Assembly (NCBI RefSeq): GCF_038025025.1 | Contig: NW_027117346.1 | Span: forward strand, 682,001 to 746,000 | Direction: 5' to 3' | Origin: Phyllosticta citribraziliensis | Taxonomy: Eukaryota | Length of the DNA: 64,000 bases | Part shown: one piece after another, positions 38,975 to 50,626 of the stretch | Numbering within the stretch: the first letter of the stretch is position 1 | How the letters are laid out: each line of letters opens with the position of its first letter | Notes under the pieces: generated by a model | What the model saw: only the letters and a program-made list of their open reading frames with translations | Database searches by the model: none | Told to the model about the DNA's origin: nothing | Position numbers and translations under genes: made by a program

Positions 38975-39706
38975 AAGGGTGCTGTGACTGGTCGACAATG
39001 GGGTCAGTTTGGGCGTTACCAACAAGTGAGTGAAGGGCGCGGCTGTTGACGAAGACGAAGACGACGACGATGATGACGATGAGGCTATGATTAGACAATT
39101 TGGATGGAAAGTAGAGACTGAATACAGGCGCAAGAGCCGTCAATGACCTGCCATAGCCATACCTTCCTCCTTCGTCCTCATGCTGTCCCCCTACTGAACC
39201 TAACAGACACAAGGCTTTTGAAAAGCAAAAACCATTCACATCAAGCCTTCGCTTTCGCTAAAGAAACTCCTCTTCTGCAGTCCATCCATCCATCCATCCG
39301 TCGATCCACCCATACAGCATCTCTCCCCTATCTTATCTCCGCCGCGTGCAGCCCACCCACCAGTCAGTCAATTAAGCACTTAGCGTGGCGGGGCGGGCCA
39401 GCGACCAGCGGCCACCGTTCGTGCGGACTGGGCCTGGCTCGTCGTCGTGAGCGTCGTTGGTGGGTGGTCGGCTGGAAGCATCGCGAGTACCAGCCCCAAA
39501 GCGGCAACCCGGTCCGCGCATACCCGCATCGGGCAACTCGAGCGTTTTTGTCCGCAAGGTAGCTGGCTCGGGTCAGTCGGTCAGCCACCGGTCAACCGCA
39601 TGCACGCCCTGGGTCTAGGCTCAACTAAGAGGCTAAGCGGCGAGAAGCCTAAACGCTTCGTTTTTCCCCGAGCGCGCCCATCGTACCCAGCGTCGCGGCG
39701 CGGTAA

Positions 39707-39740
39707 AAGCGAGCGAGCGAGCGAGCGAGCGAGCGAGCGA
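39707..39740. repeat. (GAGC)n microsatellite
   Basis: About 8 tandem GAGC units followed by (GGGT)3. Confidence 0.9.
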
Positions 39741-40791
39741 ATGGGTGGGTGGGTGGCTCGGGTCGAAAGCGGGGAAATGTAACCACGGCTTGATAGATTG
39801 ATAGACGTCTTTGGGAGATGGGGAAATGTTGGCGTGCGCGGTGATGATTCGCGTCGGTGTTGCTTTCCTGTCTGTTGATCGGTGGGCGGAGTGGCGGGCT
39901 TAGGGCGCGGCGGAGGAGCTTGGCTATCTTAGTTGACGATTGGAGTTGCATTGCGCGGCGGTGCTCCAGGTGAGGTGCTCTTTCATCAAATTGCTTCTTA
40001 GGTTTCTTCATTCGGTCTTGACGGCCGAGGCTGAGCACGCTTTCGAGCTGGGCGTGCCTAGCTAGCAGCGAGTATGGGAGGAAGTGCTTGTGTTGACTCT
40101 TTTTCGCTTTTCCACGTATTCACTTACCATGTTTGGACTTCATTCTGTTATTTTGTAAAGTGCTATCTAAACATGCAATCTATGTAAACATGCAAACCGG
40201 GTTTAGCTCCCTGTGAGCGCTGGCATAAACACGATGCCGGAGCAAAGACATCATGGCTGTCGGGCTGTGATGTGGTTTTTCCTTTGCAGTCCATGTACCT
40301 GTGCCTATAGTTCTTGCGGTTCTTGCGGAGCCAGGCAACAACACTTGCTGTTCCAGTGGGATAGGGGGATTCGGCTGCTCAGGCTAGAGGTCAACAAGGA
40401 CAGTCTACTGATTCCCGGTTGCTTCGTTGGACCTTGAGTAGCCCGTGAGCTGTTTAAGCCTGTCAAGCACTTGCGATATAGTCGTTGCAGCATCCTGCTA
40501 TGGGTCTCGTTGATTCAATGACGTCGTCACAGTACGAAAAGACGACGTGGGCCACGGAAAGCGTAGGTATGAGTGCCGCGTTGCTGAGTGGATCCTAGCT
40601 GCGGCGGAGGTGGAGAAGACAGTGAATGTTTTAGGAGAGCTAAGTCCATAGTAACGTGGAGCGATTCTGTTGCTCGAAGTCTGCTTCAGTGATCAATCAA
40701 TGTTCCATTTTATCAAGTCAAGTGAAAGCAATGGAAACTGAAGGCTTTTCCAGAGCGGAGTCTCTATTCATGGATTTTCCCGCTACCGAGG

Positions 40792-43700
40792 CTACCCGCT
40801 ACCCTTCTCGACGTCTTGAGCGCACCCATCAGCATGAGAATTCTCAGGCTCGGAGTTTTGGTCTTCGCCATGAGAAGGATGCTGAGGTGGTGATGGTGGC
40901 GGTGGCGGAACATAAGTGCCGTAGTCACCGAGCTTGTTTCCTTTTATAAAGTGGCCCTTGACTCCGCGGACGCGATATAGGGCCCCCGTTTTCATGTTTC
41001 TCAGCTTCCGCGCTTCTTCGACCAGCCTTTTTAGCACCAGTCCACTCACCCGAACCTTACTGTCCATCACTTTCTTCTGTAAGAGCTCTTCCACCTCAGG
41101 CTCGCTCTCCATCTCTTCACTTTCAATGTCTTCGGCGTCCATTTCTTCGGCTTCCAGGTCTTTACCCTCCACCTCTACGCCCTCCATCTCTTCACCCTCC
41201 TGCTCTTGGCCTTCTGTTTCTTCGCTTTCGAGTCCTTCGTCGTCCATTGGTTCATCCTTCACCTCTTGATCGACCATCTCGTGGTCTTCCATAGCTTTGC
41301 TCTCCATCTCCTTGTCCTCCATCTCTTCAATTTCTTCTTCAACGCCTGCCACGTTCTCGCCCCGCTCATATCCGACCTCCTCCTCAAACCTTTCTTTGGC
41401 ACGGGCATCGAAGAGGTCAAGATCATCTGTACCGTCGTCGGCGGCGTAGAATATTTGATCATCGTCGTCGTCGGGCAGTTCGACCCGTTCTCCCAGGTCC
41501 TCGTCAGCGCTCAAGTATACGCTGCTGCTGCTTTCCCGTGACTGTGTTGTTTGGCTTGACCGTGGCTCGAGTTCTGGCGACCAACTCTCTTTAAAGTCTG
41601 ACGTCGGCTCAGCACGGTCTCGAGCAGTTGCTTTTCTCCCCACAAGATGATACTTGATGCCTTCAGTGGCTGCGCGTCTCATCTTAAGGAACGCCCTATC
41701 TGCGCCCTCTCGTATCGCAGCACCCCTTGACTTTGCTTTGACTTCATCCTTCTGGATCAGCACGCGATTATCCAGTAAAATTCTGCTGCTCCAGAGTCCC
41801 GTCTCTTCGTCAAAAAATGCATGGAATTTGAACTTATCGCGCAAGTCCGCGGAAACGTAGCGTAGCAGACGTGCACGTTGGCCACCACAGTTGACATTGT
41901 CGCGTAAGATCCGGTTGAGAATTTCCAGTAGGCCGAGTCTTTCAAGGAATCCTTCGCAGGCAGACATTCCAGCGGCTTGGCCATCCAGCGGGCTTGGGTC
42001 GTCGGCATCTGTATCTGTGCCCGCATCTGCGGCACCAGTGGATGAAGGCGCCGGATTCTGGGCCGAGTCAATGAAAATGGCGCCAAGGATGGCCTCTACA
42101 ACGTCAGAGGGGACCTTAGTGATGGCTTCCGATGGGTTGAAGAATTTCCAGGGAAAGACATCGTCATTTTGAAGCGCCTCCCAGATCTTGCTGCGCATCT
42201 CTTCGTGCTGGGCCTCGCTTTCTTTGAATGTTTGCATCAATGTAGGCGAAGAGTGCCGGATCCAGTGCCACAGCGCAGTGCGCTTATACTCGCCTTGTTC
42301 CTCTACTGTGGCCTCACCAGTCTCTTGGTCGACCCTGACGCGATGAATTGGCCGTATCTGCGCGCATTCAAAAACCAGAAAATTGAGGATCCCCTCGTTG
42401 ACAACAGCAGTCTTGACCGAGTGCATACTTCCCGGACTAAGCTCTTTTCCAAATGCATACACGCGACGGGAGACAAGCATGTCGAGTATCGAGTCGCCCA
42501 AAAATTCGAGCCGTTGGTATGAACTGGTTGGAATTCCGTAGGAGCTGTTGGCGCTGCCATGGGTTATGGCTTCGAGGAGAAGATAGGGGTTGTTGAACTT
42601 ATACCCTAGGAGTTCTTCGAGTTGCTCGAGATGGAGGGGCTTGCCAACTTGTTCGGCTTGCGAGGAGGCATAGCAGGCAAGAACCGAACGACGATCATCC
42701 ACCGATTTCCAAGAATAGAATGGAAGCAGAGTCTTGACGCAGCGTAAAACCTTGGGCATTCCGCCCTCGACGTATGCTGCACCAATCAGAGATTCGACCA
42801 CGTCGGCAAGCAGCTTAGAAGACGCCTTTCTCCTGGTAGTCTGTCGGGATTTGGCATCGGAAATGATGTTGAAAGCAGATCTAAGCTTCCAGTGCTTGTC
42901 TGAATTGAAAACCTCCTTGACAAGGAACTTGTCCAACCCGACATTCAGGGAAGCCTTTGTGAGAACACTGTTGGATACTATTTTATCTTTCCGTCTTGTA
43001 AGATAACTCTCCGGCCACGTCAGGTGCTCGGCATGAATATTCAAGCAAGTGATGAATTTGAGGATGGAATCTCCTAGATTTTCGAGCCGTTCATAGTCCA
43101 ACTCCATTGCGCCCGAGGCGCTGATGGCGCGAAGTACGAGTTTGGGATCATTGTATCTGATCTCTGCAAGGGTAGTCTTGCATAGCTGATCGGCAACCAT
43201 GAGCAGCTCCATTTGATGGAGGACGGGAGGTAGGCACCGCGCCAATATTGAGTATCCGAGCGGAATGCTGTCAACCAAACATTCGCTTGCTGGCCTGGAC
43301 TCAACCTTGCGCTTGTGCACCGCATTGTGGTTGTTATTCTTGAGAAGCACGAGACCTTTGGGCTTCGGACAAGAGGTCAGCTCCATGTTCAAAATCCCTT
43401 CTGTCTCGGAAAATCCTTTGAACCGATACCGTGGGCCCATGGGCTCGCTGCGCATAGAAACTAGTCCGATTGTTGGTTTCCCTTGGTTACTCAAGACTTG
43501 GTGAACATATTCGGCGGGTAGCTTTGCGCAAGTAAAAGCCCGACCTTCCCTTGGAATGGGGTCCACCCATCGTTCGCAAAGAACGACCGGGTTTTTTGGT
43601 TCCTCAACCTGGATGGCAGCAGAGGAAAGCAAAGCATATGTGGAAGCTTGCAAAGTTTCGACCGCCTCGACAGTATAAGTCACAGGTTCTAGGACATTGA

Positions 43701-46299
43701 ACCTCAGCGCGTGTGTCTCGCCCGTATTCCAGTACACCTTGAGCTCAGAAGGCGGTGCAACTACGGGGGCTGGGAGCGACATGACTATTTCAAAATATCC
43801 TTCCTCCAGCTCCAAGGAAATCTTGACGCGAGACCACTTCTTCTCTCCATAATTTTGGAGCATATCGGCGGCAATTGGCTCCCATGGGTCAACTCTGTCG
43901 GGAATCTGGAGGAGGGATGGTGTGTCGGCAAAAGGGTTCTTGTCGGCGTCGTTGAACGGATCATGGTCGGAATACTCTGTCAAGGGAAGTAGATTGTCGT
44001 TCACAAGCCCGGATTGATGAAGAGCCTTGTAAGCTTGAAATGCCGCAGCCTTTCTTGCACATCGTTCTGTTTTCCAGGCGCCTTCGCTTTCATGGTGTCG
44101 CAACTTGGCTTCAAGCACTGCAGGGAGATCCACGGAGGCGATAATGAGGCCCGAATCATCTTGTTTGAAGGAGAATTCTGGTCGTGGATCCATGTGAAGA
44201 GGTTTGAAGCCCAGCATTGAACAAAAATGATGGAGATGCTGTACACTGTTGTCGAGGTTGAGGGTTGCTCTGTTTGACTTTGGTCAGCTTCTGTCACTGT
44301 CACTACGCAAACAGCAGTGGCAAAATGGTTGCTTGTAACCTACCCTGTGCTTTCAATTCGGTATTCAAGATGGCCTTCTTCATCTTGCTGTTCTTGATCC
44401 TCTGCGCGTTCAATCTCTCGAAGATGATTCTGATAGACAGCTTGCATTTCCTCCTCCAGGCGAGTCCAATTCTCGGGTGATTTTACGAGCGGCGAATCGT
44501 TGGGGAGCATAATGACATATTTGGAGTCCTGTTTTCGTGCCCGCCCCCGGCGTTGGACAAACGACTTCATATTCGGTGGGGCATCAAAACAAATGACCGT
44601 GTTGCATGTCGATATGTCGATTCCTTCTTCCAACACGCTTGTCGAAATGATGAGATTCTTCTTGCCGGTCCTGAAATCGTCCAGAGTCTCCTCTTGCTGT
44701 TTGACACTGGCCAGGTCACAAAGAGCCAGGCTTGATTTGCGCTTGCCTGCTATAGACGACATTCCTACAAAAGTCCCGATGCTGAACAGCTCTCTAGTCT
44801 GAGGGTGATTGGCCAGTAGAAACTGCATTGCGACAACGGTCGCTCTTTGCGTGGCGAAGACGATGCAAGTGAAATCAGGTCGAGCCTCAGAAACAAGGAA
44901 CTGGATCAAGGCTTCCATTTTTGGCGGAATCCATTCGGTTTGATTGCGTGGACAGCTTTTGAGCTCAGAAAAGATGTTCTTCAAAACTTTTCCTTCCTCA
45001 TCTGACCAATCGGCAAACATCATACGCATTTTAGAGGCGTAGTTTCCGAATTTTTCGATGACACTTCTCACGTAAAAATCCGTCGCTGCTGCACCGAGCT
45101 CGTCGAAGATATTGAGAGCGTGGAGATAGAGTCTCTTCAGCTGATCATGAACGTAGGTCTTTCGATTTTGCAGCAACTCGGTCAATTCGTGGAAAGTTTT
45201 TTCTTGAGCATGGCCTGTTTCCTCTAGAGATCTTTGGCGAAGCGAAATAATGTAAGGATCTTGTTCGATGTCATACCCATAATATGCACGGCTTAGAGCA
45301 AGGAGTATGGGAGCAGGTTCTTCCTGGAGTCTTGATTCAGAGGCTTCGTAAGAGAGCTGGATCAGTACAGGTTTGTGCGTATACTGAATAAGCTCGGTGC
45401 GATGTGTTTTTGGAGCCATGGCCAATGCGTTGAGACTTTTTTCAATGACACTGGCCAGTGTTAGCGTTGGAATGATCAAGGAGGCTTTGAGGGTTACCCT
45501 AGATCTTTGCAGCTTGCACTCACCACGGGAGTAGCAGTTAGACCGAGAATGTGGGGGAGGGAGGTCTGCTCGTCGTGGAATCTGTTGGAGTGATAGAAGT
45601 CCTGCATGATTTTAGAGGCTGGATGTCTTCCTCTGCACATGTGAGCTGCCAAAGTCAGTCGTTGCAACAAGAGGCTCAAAGAGTGGGATTTGAAAGAACC
45701 TTCGTCAAATATAAGGAGGGCTATCTTGCTCATTTTGACAAAGCCATGGCTGAGTGCATCGTGTAGTATTTGTGGAGTAGATACAACAATGCGGGTGTCT
45801 TTCAACACGGCATCCCAAATGCCTTGGTTGCTCCAGGAGTCGACATTGTTTTTGCCACTGAGAAAGCGAAGCGTGTATGCCGGCAAGTATCTTTCAAACA
45901 GGCGCGCTTGCTGATCGCAGAGAGGGACTGTTGGTGCCAGGAACCATACTAGCTGCTCATATTGTAAGCTTTTTGCCCCATCATCATGGGGCCTAGAAGT
46001 GGACAAACCTTGTCAGGATCGCATCTCTGCAATTCGGTATCGGTTCGAGCAATGGCGCTGTTCACGTGTTACCTGAGTGATCTGGACAAGGTCCTGGAGA
46101 GCGTACATGTGTGTCTTTCCGCTTCCAGTGTCCATCTAAAGCCAAGGTCAGCAGCATTGACACAGCAAAGACCGGAAAGTTTGCGCACGGTTACGATGAT
46201 ATTCTGCTTCAAGCTCTCCTCTACCATTTCGGTCTGATATGAGCGCAGTCGGAAAGAGAACTGGCTCTTGAGCGGGGATGCACTGTTGACTTCAACCAT
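40792..46299 (-). CDS. DCL2: Dicer-like protein 2 (helicase, DUF283, RNase IIIa, RNase IIIb, dsRBD); alternative upstream starts at 46476/46470
   Basis: LRSYQTEMVEESLKQNIIVT/MDTGSGKT, LVWFLAPTVPLC, IFDE/AH, ILGLTAT, STSVLEEGID, VQRRGRAR, DUF283 (QHLHHFCSML...AAFQAYKALH..GL..DNLLP), RNase IIIa ERLENLGDS...LADVVESLIGA and RNase IIIb QRLEFLGDS...SDVVEAILGA. 6 introns inferred, and no obvious PAZ. Confidence 0.95.
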
Positions 46300-46717
46300 G
46301 GTGATTGTTGGGTTATTAGAGTAAGCTAGCCGACTGCTTGTAAAGCAACGAATTGTGGGAGCGGAGGCGCGTCGAAAGCTACAGCTTTTGGTGGAGGTCA
46401 CGGCGGCGCGAAGTCTGAGCGAACCGACATGTCGAGATGCAAGGAAAGCACGGGGGAACGTCCGCAGCATGCTCATACCATTGTTGCTTCGGGCCAAGGC
46501 GCGTGATGTTGTCGGGGACGGGGACGGGGACGGGACAATCGGAAATATTGTAGGTACCTTTTTCATGGTGCCTGGCAAGCGGCAAGGAAGACGGGAAAGT
46601 ACGCCCCGGCCGCCACCCGAAAGAGACCTCCGCTGACCCACCTGGCACCTCACGCGTCTCCCCGGCTCCAACCTGGACCCAACCTACATCATCTCTCCTC
46701 CCACCAGACCGCTAGCT

Positions 46718-47743
46718 ATGCCAGCGCAACCAAGTCGCGCGCGAAAATCCGCCACCACCGGCAAGCGCCCACGCGGGCGTCCTCCATTGCCGGCGAAATC
46801 AAATCCCCCAGTCGTTGCCAAACCAGCAGCAAACAAATCTTTCGGGAACAAGCGCCAACGACAGGTCGCGCCAGACCCTGATGAGGACGAATTGCAAGAC
46901 GAATCGGGCACGACTTCTCTGCACCGCCCATTGAAAAGGCAGCGCTCCGCACACGCGAACCATGACAGGAATCATTCGGCCGACGAGAGCACCATGTCGG
47001 CCAGAAGCCTGTCGAAGCCGCGTGTCAAGTTCCCCCATCTAAAACCGCAGACTCGAAACGTTCCAAAGTCCACGATTGCGTCCAAGTGGAAGGCTGCTCC
47101 GATTCCGGCTCAGCAGGCAGCTCGCAACCTGCTCGTCAACGCGAAGCGTGCCGTGATGCTGGACCGCCACGACAACAAGCGTCGAACAGAAGCCGAAATC
47201 AACCTCGCCTCGGTCCTGCGCAATCTCGAGAAGAAGCTACCTCGCGTGCCATTCCCTCCCCGCACAGGAGAATCACATTTCGATCTGGACAAGGTGATGG
47301 AGCACAACAGGGCGTTGGAAAACGACCTGACGCCGGCAATACATGCGGTTGAGCTTCTGGAAGCAGCTGTGGAGGAAGAGCGGGACCGACTGCATGAAGA
47401 TGGCCAACGTCTCGCAAAGCTTGAGGAAGACGCTCGAAAAGAAGAGAATTTCCAGAGGCGAGCTTTCAAAATGCATCCACTGTTGAAAGGGCCACATGCG
47501 GCTGCAAGTGATGGGCCGGACCACATCAGCTTGGTTGCGCCCAGGGATTTGGAGGACCAAGGCCGGACAGATTGGGTACATGACGAGGACGTGGAACCAT
47601 TGCTCGGTCAGCTCCGCGACCATGTTTCGTCGTTGAAGACGAACACGGCGCAAGTCGACGGCCTTGACGAAGCAATGGGCGATGGCTATGCGGCAGTGGA
47701 TGGAGCGTTGACAAAGTATGCGGCATGTGATACCCTGGGTTGA
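46718..47743 (+). CDS. Kinetochore protein CENP-Q/Fta7-like
   Basis: Intronless 341-aa ORF with a basic N-terminus containing an AT-hook-like RGRP. It continues LKPQTRNVPKSTIASKW, LEKKLPRVPFPP, coiled coil NRALENDL, HPLL and LLGQLRDHVSSL. Confidence 0.8.
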   Translation: MPAQPSRARKSATTGKRPRGRPPLPAKSNPPVVAKPAANKSFGNKRQRQVAPDPDEDELQDESGTTSLHRPLKRQRSAHANHDRNHSADESTMSARSLSKPRVKFPHLKPQTRNVPKSTIASKWKAAPIPAQQAARNLLVNAKRAVMLDRHDNKRRTEAEINLASVLRNLEKKLPRVPFPPRTGESHFDLDKVMEHNRALENDLTPAIHAVELLEAAVEEERDRLHEDGQRLAKLEEDARKEENFQRRAFKMHPLLKGPHAAASDGPDHISLVAPRDLEDQGRTDWVHDEDVEPLLGQLRDHVSSLKTNTAQVDGLDEAMGDGYAAVDGALTKYAACDTLG

Positions 47744-48178
47744 TAGTACGGTACGGCTGGAGTTGGGGCGCTCATTGTACTTCGGAATGAAATGAATTAT
47801 TTTCTCGTGGCGGCCCATAGCCCTACCACATGCTTCTGTCCCGGTCCCTTGTAGGTACATGTAGTGAGTGACATCGGAGAATCAAGTCAAAAGCGACGCG
47901 CCAAGCGCCGGCGCAAAGGGAAGGCCATCACACGCCCCGCCTTCGCCCGCGCGCCCTCTTTTGCACCGAGCCTCCACTTGAAGCCCTCCAAGGCTTCATC
48001 TCCTCCCACGCCGCACCCGCCAGTCCTCTCGTCCTTCTTCGCCGTCGACCTGACGTTTCCATGTGTCCGCCACAGCTTCTGACGCGCCCTTCCGACGAAG
48101 ACCCGTATGCGCCTGCGCCGGCGCTGTTCCGATCCGCATCCGCTCCTCAGTCTTTTCCGAGCTCCATAACCCCATTCG

Positions 48179-50166
48179 ATGGTTGAGGCTACACAAGACA
48201 CCGCCGCAAAGGATTCTAATGGAGCTGCGCCTCCGGTTATGACATCGCCACGGGAATCCGGCTACCAGGGCGACGCCTCCAGCAAATCCTCGGCGTCCAA
48301 AGATTCGAAACCCGACTTTGACAAGAGTGCCGATGCCGCAACCAAGAACCAGAGCTCAGCGAAGAAGAGGAGGAAGGTCAATCATGGTGAGCTGAAGACC
48401 ATAACCGTTTGTCCTAGTTTTGCTGACATTGCCGACCGCCCAGCATGCATCTATTGCAGACGTTCGGTGAGCCGCCGCGACCCTTTCCTGCTGTCCTGCG
48501 CCGGGCGCAAGCGTATGTGGGCTGGGCACAGCTGTAGATGAACACGACATGCTGACTATGATGCTATCTGTGTGTCTACAGCACATGACATGCGACCTCG
48601 TAAGTCCGAGCCCTATGCGCCGGTGAGGCTGGATGCACGCGCTGACTGCAGCGCCCTGGATACTATTAGGAGCGTCCGTGTACCAGGTGTATCAAGCGGA
48701 ATATTGGCCATCTTTGCCACGATGAACCGCGCGAGCCTGCAAAGCGCCAAAAGACGGAGCCGCCGGGAGGAACCCCTGGGGATGCGGAAGCTTCGAAAAA
48801 GCTGGACCCTACTACGACCCCCGATGGCACACTGCGCCCAATAGATCAGCGTAACAACTCGCAAGACTCAGGGCTAGCTCTCCCGCCGCCTCCAATGCCC
48901 CAAGGCATCTCAAACTCTGCTTCCATTGCTCAGCCCGCGCCAGTCTCTGCGCCTCAAGCCTCCAATCTTGCGGGCAGTTCGCAGTCTTGTTCGTGACTTT
49001 GACACTTCCCCCTGGTTGACAAATTTGCTAACGCGAGGTTCGGGAAGTCTTGAACTACAATGACTGGAATTTCGGCACCCCTAACAACTTCCAGGACATG
49101 CACGCCTTTCATCCATCCTACATGTTCAATTCGAGCGAGGCTTCCAACGAGTACAATCTGCTAAACGACTTTTTGAGCACCAGCTTCTTGGACGATGGCG
49201 GCATGTACGCTGGTGAGGATACTCAGCAGGGACAAGTCCTGCCCGATCAATCCTTGACAAACACCATGAACATGCTATCTGGCCCGAATTCCATGCCACC
49301 TCCCAACCAGCTTAGTAGCCAACCACAACCGCCCGCCCAACCCAAAGCAGGCAGCCAAATCTCGCGGCCTTCGAGCAGCTTTCCGCTTGACAAAGCTCGC
49401 GAAGTCTACTACATGACGGCTGCTGATCCTGCTGGCACCGATGCGCCTGAAGAGCGCATGAACAAGCTGCTCAAGGCCAAGTTTGATGCCGGCTTGCTCA
49501 AGCCTTTCAACTATATCAAGGGTTACGCACGGCTCTATCAATACATGGAGCGCAAATTTCACCCAACGTCGCGGCAAAAGATTCTGCGCTGCATGGACAG
49601 ATTTCGGCCAAAGTTCAGAGAGCGCGTGCAGACACTAACCGACATCGAGCTCGTGCGGGTCGAAATGTGGTTCGAGAGGTGTCTGATGGAGTACGACCGC
49701 GTCTTTGCCAGCATGGCTATTCCAGCATGTTGCTGGAGGAGAACGGGCGAGATATTTCGGGCCAACAACGAAATGGCAGAGCTCGTCAAAGTTCCCACCG
49801 AGAATCTGCGCGATGTGAGATTGGGTCAGCTATCTACACTTCAGAAATGCTAACACTTTGTAGGGCAAGACTTCTCTCCACGAGATCGTCGAGGAGAAGT
49901 CTCTGGTTAGCTACTGGGAAAAGTTTGGCGCCATTGCGTTTGACAGTTCGCAAAAGGCGATCCTGACAAGCTGTCTCTTGAAAAACCCAGACCCGGAATC
50001 CAAGGAGCCAGAGATTCGTTGCTGCTTTTCTTTTACCATCCGTCGCGATGCTTACGATATGTAAGTCTTGCAGCCTTGGGCCATGTTTCTGGAACTAATG
50101 CGGCTCAGCCCATCCCTAATCATTGGGAATTTCTTGCCTATTATTACCGACAGTGACGACCCTTAA
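48179..50166 (+). CDS. acuM: Zn(II)2Cys6 gluconeogenesis transcription factor AcuM/Rds2-like with C-terminal PAS-like region
   Basis: Spliced KKRRKVNHACIYCRRSHMTCDLERPCTRCIKRNIGHLCHDEPRE, LLKPFNYIKGYARL, EYDRVFASMAIPACCWRRTGEI, YWEKFGAIAFD and IIGNFLP. Confidence 0.9.
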
Positions 50167-50626
50167 TTACTCGATCTTTGGGGTATATACTTGTTGCTTC
50201 CTCTCCAGCTCTTTGTGAACATAGACAAAAAGGGATAGGCCAACGGATCAGAAAGGAATTGGGTGGCCATCTGTCGATTCTGGTTTTGCTTTGGAGTTGT
50301 CGGGTTTGCGCTGAATAGGTGAATTCGATAAGCTCTGCTAGTAAGTCGCTCTGGGCGAAAGATAGTCTGTAAAATATGCTTGTGCAGGCTGAAATTTCGA
50401 CAGTCGAGGCGCAGATCGCTAGCCACAGTGACTTGACTCTCAGTCCATCTCGTGTGGTGGGAAAGTTCGAATCCTCTAGCATTTCTGCTCGCAAAACATT
50501 GCGCCTCGAGAGAGCGACTCTGCGCGACTGGCCTGCTGCCTCGGACCCAAATTCCGACGATTCTCTACTTTTCCCGCAAAAGTTCCAGCATTCACCCTCC
50601 CACCCACAACCCATCCTTTCATCGAC

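Noticed and set aside
39000..40790. Possible ncRNA or tRNA in the long intergenic region
   Set aside because: No cloverleaf, A/B boxes or recognisable RNA motif was seen, only microsatellites.
44260..44345. Apparent split of Dicer into separate helicase and RNase III ORFs
   Set aside because: A GTAGGT...CTGAC...CAG intron joins them in frame (ESTG/ATLNLDNSVQHLHHFC).
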